64,000 bases of DNA, from positions 71,550,001 to 71,614,000 of the forward strand of contig NC_058368.1 in assembly GCF_018350175.1 (NCBI RefSeq), given 5' to 3'. The stretch comes from Felis catus. Lineage: Eukaryota. Position numbers and translations under genes: made by a program. Positions 12,781 through 23,330 of this stretch are shown piece after piece. A model generated the notes under the pieces. The model was not told the origin of the DNA, searched no databases, and was given only the letters and a program-made list of their open reading frames with translations. Positions within the stretch are counted from its first letter, which is position 1, and each line of letters opens with the position of its first letter.

Positions 12781-13930
12781 GGAATTTGATCTGTGCCTTA
12801 TTCCTAATTTTTTTTTTAAAGTTTGGTAAAAGCATGACCACTTCCAGAATTAGCTGACATAAAAATACTTAGACCAATCGATAAGTAAATTGTCATTTGA
12901 CTGGAAACATAAGTTCTTTATGAAACCCCTTAACATATATTTACTTTTGTATATAGACTGTTATCCAAGAAAAAATGATAAGTTAAGAGTTCAGATTTAT
13001 TAGATAAGACTTGACTTGTCTTTGGAAAGATGTGGGCTTTGGAAAGATGTGGAAACTCTTACTAAAGAATTTTTTTCTTACTTTTTTTCCCTAAACTTTT
13101 CTTCCTGGCTTTAACGTGGACTTACTTCTTGAGTCTCAGTCTGTCAAAATGTCCCACGTAAAGCATTGCAAAGAATAATTTTTTATTGTATCTGTTACTT
13201 AGGTACAAATTTCACTTCTTGAACTTGTGCCAGATGATTCTTCCAAAGATGTCTGTCTGTCTGTCTCTCTCTCTTTTTAATGTTTTATTTTTGAGAGAGG
13301 GAGAGAGAGTGCAGGTGGGGGAAGGGCAGAGAGAGGGGGACAGAGGATATGAAGCGGGTTCTGTGCTAACAGCAAAAAGCCCGACATAGGCTCAAACCCA
13401 TGAACTGTGAGATCATGACCTGAGCTGAAACTGGATTAAACAACTGAGCCACCCAGGTGCCCATCGAAGATGTCTCTTGTCCAAGCATGATGTCTAGTTT
13501 TTTCTGGAGCAGTCTGAAGAAGTCTTAGGGGCATCTTCTCTTTCCTGGACAACTTTAATGCATCCGTGGAATCTGCCACCCTTTCTAACTCTTCCAGACT
13601 TGGCCTTGGCAATCTCTGCCATTTGGCATTCTGCTCTGAAGTTATAAGCATGTCTCTTTTTTCAGTAGGACAACCAGAGTTTATGCATGTCTTCATTACT
13701 TTCATTCCTAATTGTTGACAGGTCCATGAAGCCCCAAGTTTCACTTTTTCCCCCTAATTTCTTGGGTCATCAAAAAATTCTTTGAGTCCTTTCCTTGACC
13801 AGTGGTGTAATTTACCCCAAAGAAAAGATGTGATATTTGGTGTATTCTTAGGCAACCTGTCGTAACCGAGGAAGTTGTGATGACCGGAAAGTCTCTGGGG
13901 TAGCTGTGGATCTTCTGCAAAGAACAGGCA
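12779..13930 (-). pseudogene. MRPL47: Processed pseudogene of mitochondrial ribosomal protein L47, interrupted by a SINE
   Basis: Minus-strand frames give [95 protein letters not shown][SINE]GRIIWHKFK..FFAMLYVGHF..FPHL..KSSLI* (stop at 13000-13002). Colinear with recalled MRPL47, no introns, several stops and frameshifts, 3'UTR, AATAAG at 12797-12802, then an A-rich tail. Confidence 0.93.
13255..13462 (-). mobile_element. Can-SINE inserted in the MRPL47 retrocopy
   Basis: TSD caaagatgtct/cgaagatgtct duplicates the RDIF codons. Confidence 0.93.
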
Positions 13931-14206
13931 AACTGCTCATCTGCTTCCTGTCTCTGTGGATTTGGTCGTTCTGGACATTCCATGTTAAATGGAATCGTAG
14001 AACATGTGGTCCTTTGTGACTGATTTCTGTTGTAGCATGTATCAGTACTGCATTCCTTTCTATTGCCGAATAATATTCCATTGTATGAAAATACCATGTT
14101 TTGTTTATCTGTGTACTGGTTGATGGACATTGGGTTATTTGGCTATTCAGAACAATGCTGCTACAAACATTCATGTACACATTTTTGTGTGGATGTGAAT
14201 TCATTT
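13926..14206 (-). mobile_element. L1MB-like LINE-1 (right half of the split element), ending ~20 nt before the PCCA acceptor
   Basis: ggcaaactgctcatctgcttcctgtctctgtgga...aatgctgctacaaacattcatgtacacatttttgtgtgga continues the L1 where 12402 stops. Confidence 0.8.
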
Positions 14207-14225
14207 TATACTTCTTTTTTTCCAG

Positions 14226-14279
14226 TGTCTTTCTCGAGAAGCAGGTGGAAACATGAGCATTCAGTTTCTTGGCACAGTG
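14226..14279 (+). CDS. PCCA: Internal coding exon of propionyl-CoA carboxylase alpha chain (human exon 21 equivalent), phase 0/0, 54 nt
   Basis: Acceptor cttctttttttccag| and donor GTG|gtaagtat. Translates [18 protein letters not shown], matching recalled human PCCA ...[30 protein letters not shown]... Confidence 0.96.
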
Positions 14280-14997
14280 GTAAGTATGAAAGAACTATTA
14301 CTTTGTATAATCATTTAATTTACAGAGAAACAAAAGCATTCAAATAGCTTTAGCCCATGTATTTGAACTTGGCTTCATCATGGTTTTATTTTACTATTAA
14401 ATGAGGTATCTTTGTATAAGAAAATGCATTCTTTAATGTGTTCATCACGTTTCCGTGATAGAATAGTTTTAGCTATTTCTTTTTAGAGAGAAAAGGTGTT
14501 TTTTTAATTATTATTTGAACTTTGTTGAGTATTTCAAGTGCTTTTTTTCTACTGAAGATTTTCTCTCTGTTTTTATTATAGAAATAAGAACATATTATTT
14601 AAGATGCTTTTAAAAATAGTGACCATGGCTTTTTTCTCTTCAGTTTTCCTTCTAGCTTTCTCTATCAGGTCCTTTTAAGTACACATTTCTAAGGGAACTG
14701 AGACATAATTTTGGATCTTGATTTTTTTCACTTAAGATCCTATTAATCATTTTCCATATTGCTAGAAAATATCAACATCATTTTACTGGAGCTGTGTTTA
14801 ACATTCTGATGAGTAGATGTGACATATTTTCTTATCCATGAATCCCAATTGTTAGGTATTTAAGTTACTCCTCGTTTTTGCCATTATGAATGGTGTTCTA
14901 ATGAACAACTTAATGGGTTTTGCTTTTTTGACATTTTGAATTATTTTCAAGCATGTTCAGAAATGTATGAAATATATCTCATTCTAAATAAAATCAT

Positions 14998-15206
14998 GGC
15001 GCGCCCGTGTGGCTCAGTTGGAAAAGCATCTGACTTTGGCTCAGGTCATGATCTCATGGTTTGTGAGTTTGAGCTCCACATTGGGCTCTGTGTTGTCCGT
15101 GCAGAGCTTGCTTTGGATTCTCTCTTCCTCTCTGTCTCTCTCTGCCCCTCTCCCACTCATACTCTCCCTCTCTCTCAAAAATAAATAAGCATTAAAAAAA
15201 ATTTAA
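14998..15206 (+). mobile_element. Can-SINE
   Basis: ggcgcgcccgtgtggctcagttgg head, CT tract, A tail. Confidence 0.92.
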
Positions 15207-15941
15207 GTGAATAGAATCAAAACCATGAATAATTTTATGGCTTAGTACACATTATCAGTTACCTCATATCTCTTTAGAATGCCATTCGTCATGTGTCAGC
15301 ATACCACTTTGCACTCTCACTAGTAGTAGTTATGATTTTTAAAAGCATTGAGCTTTATCTATGGAAAGCAATTTACAGTTACTATTTTTACTTTTAATGT
15401 AAAAGTAACGAGCATAATAATCATATCATTAGTAGTATTAGTTATAATTTTCAAAATAATTTAACTTAAAAAAGGTAACTTATTTATTTTAATTAGCATT
15501 TCTGTTTACTCCTTATGTATTCGAATGTTTCTCCATGTATTCATTTGCTAGGTATCATTTATAATCTGTAAAATGTCTGTTCATAGTTTTGGGTACCTTG
15601 TTCAGGTTGTAAATTCACATTGGATAGTTCTGTTTGCTCTGTGAGTTTATTGAGAATATCAGAGGAGAGGCCTGTGGCGTGGATCAAAGGATAAGTGTTT
15701 TTGTAGTCATGGAGATAGGAAGGACATTACTAATAATGTGCATTTATAGTTTATATATAGAGACACAGTAAAGTTTACGTATCAAAGCATATGTAGTAGT
15801 ATATGCATAGGCACTTGACTTATGTTACATAAATTTTAAGTGTAGCACCTGTGATTTATAGTTATTTTTTCTGATAAGTTATTTCATGCTTTTTTTTAAT
15901 TTAAAAATTTAAATATTATTTCAGTGCATGTCCTAGGAAGT

Positions 15942-15973
15942 TGTATTAGGGTTCTCCAAAGAAACAGAACCAG

Positions 15974-16011
<38 letters not shown>

Positions 16012-16319
16012 GTGTGTGTGTGTAGAGAGAGGAAGAGGGGTCAAGTCCAAAACCTGCACAGTAGGCCAGGAAATGGTTGGAGTTCAAGTACAAAGACCAT
16101 GTGCTTGCAGGATTCCTTCTTGCTTGGGAGGTCAGTCCTTTTTCTTCAGTTGATTGAATGTTACCCAACCAGATTATGAGGTGTAATCTGCTTTACTCAA
16201 GATCTACTGATTTAAATGTTAATCTAAAAATAACTTCATAGAAACATCTAGAATAATGTTTGGCCAAAAATCTGGATACTGTGGCCTAGCCAAGCTGACA
16301 CATAAAATTCACTATCACA
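15942..16319 (-). mobile_element. MLT2 (ERVL) solo LTR with internal (TG)n at 15976-16022
   Basis: tgtattagggttctcc..cataaaattcactatcaca; perfect 5-bp TSD gaagt. Confidence 0.88.
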
Positions 16320-16542
16320 GAAGTATACATCCCATCTCCTAGTGTATTTTCATTATTAACAGTAGATATGCAGGCATACCTTAAGGCTGTTGTGGGTTTG
16401 GTTCCATACTACAGCAAGAAATGTTATGTCACAATACAGCGAGTCAAATGAATTTTTGGTTTCCCAGTACATATAAAAGTTATGTTTACACTATAGAATA
16501 GTCTCTTAAGTGTGCAAAGCATTATATTTTAAAAAATGCACA

Positions 16543-16765
16543 GGGGCGCCTGGGTGGCTCAGTTGGTTAAGCTTCCAACTTTGGCTCAGGTCATAATCTC
16601 ACGGTTTGTGGGTTCAAGCTCCACGTCAGGCTCTGTGCTGACAGCTCGGAGCCTGGAACCTGCTTTGGATTCTGTGTTTCCCTCTCTCTCTGTGTATTCC
16701 CCACCCATGCTCTGTCTCTCTCTTAAAAAGAAATAAACATTAAAAAAATTTTTTAACAATAATTA
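16543..16765 (+). mobile_element. Can-SINE
   Basis: ggggcgcctgggtggctcag head; aatgcac on both flanks. Confidence 0.94.
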
Positions 16766-16808
16766 AAAAACAATGCACGTAACTTAATTTTCAAACACTG
16801 TATTCCTA

Positions 16809-16938
16809 GGGGTTCCTGGCTGGCTCAGACAGAAGAGCTCAGACATGTGACTCTTGATGTCAGGGTTGTAAGTTTGAGCCCCATGCTGGGTGTAGAGATT
16901 ACTAAAAATAAATAAATAAACTATTTAAAAATAAATAA
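16809..16938 (+). mobile_element. Short old Can-SINE
   Basis: TSD aaacactgtattcct/aaatactgtattgct. Confidence 0.88.
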
Positions 16939-17489
16939 AAATACTGTATTGCTATAAAATGCTAATCATCATCTGAGCTTTCAGTGAGTTGTAATCACTC
17001 ACCGATCACAGGTTACAACAATACAGTAATAATGAAATACAGTCATAATGAAAAAGTTGAAATATTGTAAGACTTATCAAAATGTGACATGGAGACAGGA
17101 AGTGAGCAAGTGCTGTTGGAAGAATGGCACTGATAGACTCACTTGATGCGGGGTTGCTACAAACCTTCAGTTTGTAAAAAAAGAAACAGTATCTGCAGCA
17201 TGCAGTAAACCAAAGCACAATAGAATGAAATACGCCTATATTCTTCCAGAAATAGAATTACACGTCTTCTCATGCAGCAATAACTCATGGGCATCTTTCC
17301 TAGAATGTATTCTGTGGAGGTCTTTCTGTACCTCAGTGTTCATGCTGGAAAGGGCACTTTTTCTGTTGCTGCTACTTGATAACTCTCCTTGCATTCTAAT
17401 CGATTTCTCAGCGCTCACACATGGAACACTGAGCTGTCAACAGGCAAGACCCACAAACAAAACCAAAACATTTCTCTTGCAATTTTTTC

Positions 17490-17628
17490 CTATCTCGAAA
17501 ATGGCTACATGAGCTGCCCCAATCCTGACCAAACCTTTCATCATCTCCTGTCTGAATTACTGCAGTCACCGGTCTTCCCACCTCTGCCTCTGGTCCTTAG
17601 ACTGTTTTTAATTTAACCATTAATGTGA

Positions 17629-17682
<54 letters not shown>

Positions 17683-18312
17683 TTTTAGTTTATTTATTTA
17701 TTTTGAGAGAGAGGGAGTGCGCACATGAGCTGGAGAGAGAGAGACGCAGAGGGAGAAAGAGAGAATCCCAAGCAGGCTCCACGCTGTCAGCCCAGAGCCT
17801 GATGCAGGACTGGATCCCACGGACCGTGAGGTCATGACCTGAGCCGAAACCAAGAGTGGGACACTTATCCAACGGAGCCACCCAGGTGCCCCATTAATGT
17901 GATCTTTTGAAATATAGATCCAGTTAGTTGGTCTTGTCACTCTTCTTCAAACATGTTGGGCACACACCTCAGGGTCTCAGCTGCCTTTCCTCTGCCAGGA
18001 CTGTCTGCCCCCACATACCTGCACAGGAGATTCCCTCACTATCTTCATGTCTTTTTACACAGCAGCCACCACCTCAGGGATGGCTTCCAGGTCACACTGT
18101 GTAAAATTTTGACCACCTTTCCTCCACTTTGTTCTTTTTCTCTAGCAGTTATCACTATTTGATGTACTTTAATGTTTTACTTTTAAAAACTGGTTATGAT
18201 AAGTCCCATGAGCAGAGGGCTCTGGTCTGTTCTCCCCACTCTCCACCCAGCACTCAGAACAGCACCCTAGTGAACAGTGGGCATCCAGTAAATACTTGTC
18301 GAGCGAATTCAT
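17490..18312 (+). mobile_element. L2 3' region containing a SINE
   Basis: ..tcccatgagcagagggctctggtctgttctcc..cagtaaatacttgtcgagcgaat, L2 terminus. Confidence 0.6.
17629..17892 (-). mobile_element. Can-SINE with (TG)n (17632-17682) in its tail
   Basis: TSD attaatgtga brackets both the SINE and the microsatellite. Confidence 0.93.
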
Positions 18313-19122
18313 GAGATTGACAGGCATGAGACCTAAGGATTAGGCTTAAGAAAGAAATGGGAAGAAAGCAAATACAGAAACAAATGGAGAAATGGAAAGG
18401 TGTAGGGGACTTTGGGACCTTAGAGTGAATCCCCCTTCCTCAGATCAGGAACTTGCATCAGAAAAGACAACTTGTTTTGCCCAAGGTTTCACAGCCAGTT
18501 GGTATGTAGAGCAGGCAAGCATGCTCGGGTTTTCCGCTGTGCCCAGTGCTCTTCCCATCAGCAAATGCCCTTTACCTCATTTAGTTTCATCCACTCCAGG
18601 CACCTAAAACATACGCACGTGCCCCTAAACAGCCACAACCTCCCCAAACATCTGTCCGCGTTGTTTATACAGCTTGTATGGAGAAGGAATGTCAATTTCT
18701 AGTGTAGTTTCTAAGCACTCTAAAATTCTGCATCGCCTGGGTTGGGATGGCCAGTGTCGTTTGTTTACAATGCATTTTTCTATTAGCAATAATAGACCAG
18801 GATGGAAGAGGGAAAGAAAGGGTTTAGAGATAGTGGGACTAGTAGGACAGATGCAGAGTACTTTCCAGGTGATTTCTAGCTAGGTTGTGCTGCTTCAGTC
18901 CTAATTTTCTAAAGCAGAAGCAGGTTCCAAAGCTTGCACTCCAGGAGCAAGAACATTAGCAGGTCACATGGTAAAGGGAGGACTTTCCCAATACACGTTT
19001 GTCTTTGTTTTGCCTTTGTGAGAATACCTGTGGAATTTTCCAAAGAAGTTGGCTTTTGAATATTGATAAGCATGACCTTCAGAGGTTAATTTTATGAGTT
19101 TTTTAGAAAGAGCTTAATTTTA

Positions 19123-19373
19123 TTTATTTTTTAATGTTTATTTTTGACAGAGAAAGGAGGAGGAAGGAGAGAGAGAGAAGAGAAGAGAGGGGGAGAGAGG
19201 GAGAGACAGAAATTATGAGCAGGGGGTAAGGGCAGAGAGAGAGGGAGTCTGAAGGTCCAAAGTGGGCTCTCCACCGAGAACAGAGAGCCTGATGTGGGGC
19301 TTGAACTCACTAACGGTGAGATCACGACCTGAGTGGAAGTCAGGTGCTTCACTGACTGAACCAGGAGGTGCCC
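19123..19373 (-). mobile_element. Can-SINE
   Basis: TSD aagagcttaatttta/aagagtttaatttta. Confidence 0.92.
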
Positions 19374-19667
19374 AAGTAAGAGTTTAATTTTAGACTAAGA
19401 AGTACTTTGTTGCAATGATAAACTTCAAAAATGTTACTGTTTCAACTCAGGGAAGGTACAGACTTCAAAATAATTAATTTCATTCCTTTTTTTTTTATAT
19501 ACACTTTGAATTTTAAAAAATACCATTTTGTTATTTTCATGTCCAGCAAAATAAATCTCATTAAAATTAGATTTTGTTAGATATATAAATATTAAATATT
19601 ATATAAACTATTATATATTTCAAATATTTGTAAGTATGTGTAAAAGGACATTTGTAAAATATTTGTT

Positions 19668-19866
19668 GGGGTATCTGGGTGGCTCAGTCAGTTAAGCGTG
19701 TGACTTCTGCTCAGGTCGTGATCTCATGGTTAGTGAGTTCAAGCCCTGCATCAGGCTTTCTGCTGTCAGTACAGAGCCCGCTTTCAGTCCTCTGTCCCCT
19801 TCTCTCTCTGCCCCTCCCCTGCTCGCTCGCGCTCTCTCTCTCTCTCTCAAAAATAAATATTATAAA
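19668..19866 (+). mobile_element. Can-SINE
   Basis: TSD aaaatatttgt/aaaatatttat. Confidence 0.92.
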
Positions 19867-19869
19867 AAA

Positions 19870-20560
19870 TATTTATAAGCTACAAAGCGTAAAGATAAAA
19901 CAAATGTACACCCACCAGAGTTTTTCTGAAAACAACAAAAAAATTTTCATTATCTTGGAAGTTCACTGTGGGCTCCTTCTCAATCCTACGAGATACCCTT
20001 TCTCCCCCTTTACAGAGAACTTTTTGATTTTTATCACTCTTTTTTTTAAAGTTTTCCACATATATGCACCCCTAAATATTATACAGCTTAGTTTTGCATG
20101 CTTTTAAGCTCAAAATGCATGGGATTATATTCTGTAATCATCTATGGCATGGTTATTTGGTTCTGTGTTGTTTGTGAGGCCCACCTCGACTGTTGATCGA
20201 CCCCCGGGTGGTCTCCAGTGTTTTTGCTGTAACTCAGTGCTGCTGTAAGAATTTATGTCCATGAGTGCACGTATCCTGCTTTGCACGTATGCAAAAGCTT
20301 TGTTAGGGTTGATGTACATGGAGTATGCAGTGAATGAATTCACTCTGTTCCACGTATTCACTAGTACTTGATATTATCGGACTTCTTAATTTCTGCCAGT
20401 GTCTGTCGTGTCTTCATTGTGGTTTTAATTAACATCCTGATTATTAATGAAGTAGGACATATTTTTCTGGATATATTGCTCCTTTATGTTTATTGACCAT
20501 TAAGTCTATTCCTCTGTAAAGTACCGCTTAAACCTTCTGCCCATCTTTCTGTGGAGTGAG
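19870..20560 (-). mobile_element. Old LINE-1 (L1ME-like) fragments
   Basis: cttcattgtggttttaatt..ctgattattaatgaagtaggacatattttt. Confidence 0.55.
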
Positions 20561-20619
20561 ACTGTATAAGTGCATGAATTTAGTCTATTTATGTCATTTG
20601 CATTTTCAGTAATAAGGCA

Positions 20620-21311
20620 GAAGGATTGAGTTGGACCACATGACTAGTTCTGACTATGAGCTATGAATGGAAGTGACTGTCAAGAACAATGGAGGGTCTG
20701 AGGTTTTACCCTATTTGAAGATTAACCCATTATAGTCATGTATGCTGGTGGAAGAGGCGAGACTCCAGGGTCTGAGATGGATGGTTTATTACAACAATAA
20801 CAATAGCCAGAATATCATTATTTTTGCACCATTTCCTTGAGCTCCAGTTCCCACAGGACAGTGTGATGAGGGCAGGGGGACACCTGCTTGCACAGTGGGT
20901 TGTGTGTTATAGCAGAGGAGCCTGAGTTTAGTTCAGAGAACCCCAAGTGTCTGTATGGGCTGGGAGCATGCCTTCCTTTGTTCTGAGGGAGACATTGCTA
21001 TGCAAACAGCCTTGAAAAATAGTCCAGAACAAAAGACAGCCAGTGCCGTGCTCACAAGAAGTGGAGAAGCACGAGAGACCCATGGAGAATAGTCTCCTCA
21101 CAGAGAGGTCCTCACTTCTGGTCAGGGAGTGACAAGAGCAAGTGTGAGCTTTCTGGGTTCTACCATGTCCACCAAGCTGTATGCTTGGTTGTTGAGTCCT
21201 AGCAGCACGCATCCCTGAGGAAGATGGGAGCTGGGCACTGTCCCCTCAGCCTTCCACGGACTAAGATTTCCGTGTTATTTCTAAAGCCTAACCTAGCTTA
21301 TCCTGACTCAC
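20620..21311 (+). mobile_element. MLT1J/K-like MaLR LTR split by LTR40
   Basis: ccacatgactagttctg..gaagtgac | cacttctgg..cctagcttatcctgact. Confidence 0.5.
20678..21102 (-). mobile_element. LTR40-like ERVL solo LTR
   Basis: Minus strand starts tgtgaggagactattctccatgggtctctc and ends ..ttcttgaca. Confidence 0.65.
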
Positions 21312-21709
21312 AGCCTTGGAACTTAAAGGACTCTCTTCTTATTCATAGAGCCCCACGCCCACTTACATAGATTCAGATTCATATAAAAGGTAGAGATTGG
21401 AGATACGGTGGATTTAGTCCACTTTAAAGCCTTTGGCTCTTCAACTTTAAAGCTAAGAGTAAGGTCTCTCCTTTCTATTACTGTTTGAACTTGATTTAAA
21501 AATTGTTAAGTAGTAGTATTTTTATGTAATGAAAGGCAAACTCTTCTGAATTAGTGAAGGGCGTTGAGAGATGAAATTTGTGCTCTATGATTCAGAGACG
21601 CAGCGTCTTTGACTTGAATGTACATACAAATTCAGACCATCCACATTTTAACCTTTGGTATCTATTAGTTTCATTAACCATCCCCAAAAAGTAGGATATA
21701 GGACAGTTG

Positions 21710-22156
21710 TTAGTTTCATAAGTTTTCCCTCAACAGGTTGCCACAAACGGGGTGGCTTAAAACAACAGAAATGTGTTCTCTAAGAGTTTGGGAGATGAGA
21801 AATGTGAAATCAAGGTGTAGGCAGGGCTGGCTCCTTCCAGAGGCTCTCCCAAGGGAATCAGGTTCATGGCTCTTGCGCAGCTTCTGGTAGTTGGGAAGCA
21901 CTTGCTGTTTGGTGGCTTAGACCTGCATTGTTCCGGTCCCTGCTTCTGTCCTCACATGGCTGTCTACCTCGGGTCTGTGTATATTCGGTCACAGACATCT
22001 GACAGCACCAGTCATTGGATTTAGGACCCACCCTTACAGTAAGACCTCTTCTGAATTAATTACATTTGCAAAGACCCCCCCCTTACCACTGAGGTCACAT
22101 TCTGAAATATCAGCTGGATGTGCCGTTTTGGATAGCAGTGTTCAACCCAGTATACA
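21710..22156 (-). mobile_element. MLT1C/D-like MaLR LTR
   Basis: ccacaaacggggtggcttaaaacaacagaaatg..ttcaacccagtataca. Confidence 0.75.
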
Positions 22157-22532
22157 CTCCATATAGACAGGCACAAAAGCGTATTTGATGTGTATGAAAA
22201 GTTGAAAACTAATTCAGGCAATGTGCCTAAAAATATATTTTATAAACAGAGCATTGTTCCTTAGGTCTAGATCTTACTAATAACTGACTTGAGTACTGCC
22301 ATTTATTTTCCTGAGTATTTTCTTACCTATTATCATCACCTATATCTCACATTTAAACATGTGGGACACTGATGAAGAGTATGCCTGATTTTCAGAAGAC
22401 AAAATGAGCACAGGCAGGTTAAATGACTATTCAGTGCTAATAACTGGTAGAAACAGGACACAAAACCAGGTGTCTCTAACTTTTAAGTTAAGTTGTTCAC
22501 TATCACAGTTCCTTAAAAACAAATTGCTTCAC

Positions 22533-22668
22533 GGGACGTCTGGGTGCTCAGTCAGTTAAGCATCCGACCTTTGATTTAGACTCAGGTCATGATCTCACAG
22601 TTCATGGGGTTGAGCCTCGCACTGAGTGTGATCCTGCTTGAGATTCTCTCTCCCTCTCTCCCTGTCTG

Positions 22669-22716
<48 letters not shown>

Positions 22717-22808
22717 CCTCCCTCCTCCCTCTCTTTCCTTCCCTCTCTCTCTGCCCCTCCCCCCTGCACTTGCTCTCTCTCAATAAACTTTAAAAAAAAT
22801 TAAAAAAA
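22533..22808 (+). mobile_element. Can-SINE with expanded CT tract
   Basis: Head gggacgtctgggtgctcagtc; A tail. Confidence 0.9.
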
Positions 22809-22825
22809 AAAGCAAATTACTCAAC

Positions 22826-23330
22826 TGTATAATCCAGTTATGGCCATAACTGCTAAGTACAACTGTGACAAAATACCTTAGACTGGGTGGTTTAAACAAC
22901 ACACATTTATTTTTCACAGTTCTGGAGGCTGGGAAGTTCAACATCAAGATGCTAGCAGATTCATTTCCTGGTGAGGGCCCTCTTCCTGACTTACAGGTGT
23001 CTGCCTTATTAGCTGTATTCTCACATGGCAGAGAGAGTGTTCTGGGCTTTCTTCTCTTTTATTTATTTCACTTTAATTTTTTTAAAGTTTTTATTTTCAT
23101 TCCAGTTAATTAATATACAGTGTTATATTCATTTCAGGTGTACAATACAGTGACTCATCTTTTTTCCCTTTTATAAGGGACTAATCCCATCATGAGGGCC
23201 TCACTCTCCTGATACCATCCAATCCTGACTGCCTCCCAGATGCCCCCGCATCCAAGTAACATTATATTGGGGGTTGTTAGGGCTTCAACGTATGGATTTG
23301 GGGTGGGACACAAATATATAATCCATAACA
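22826..23330 (-). mobile_element. MLT1A-like MaLR LTR containing a short carnivore L1 3' end (about 23055-23160)
   Basis: aaataccttagactgggtggtttaaacaac..atccataaca. Confidence 0.75.

Larger units (their letters stand above)
16371..17238 (-). mobile_element. Internally deleted Tigger1 (TcMar; possibly Tigger1a_Car) carrying two SINEs
   Basis: Termini caggcatacc.. and ..aaatacgccta|ta; Tigger1-like subterminal sequence. Confidence 0.82.

Noticed and set aside
13436..13744. 102-aa ORF as a functional MRPL47 protein
   Set aside because: Internal fragment with a non-ATG start that drifts in and out of the MRPL47 frame and ends in a SINE; upstream in-frame stop
13845..13865. Retrocopy lacks residues equivalent to human FFLSL, suggesting an alternative splice form
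   Set aside because: Junction is frameshifted and the cat parental sequence is unavailable; cannot be told apart from a later deletion
14063..14347. 94-aa ORF spanning the exon
   Set aside because: L1 plus intron read-through in a non-PCCA frame
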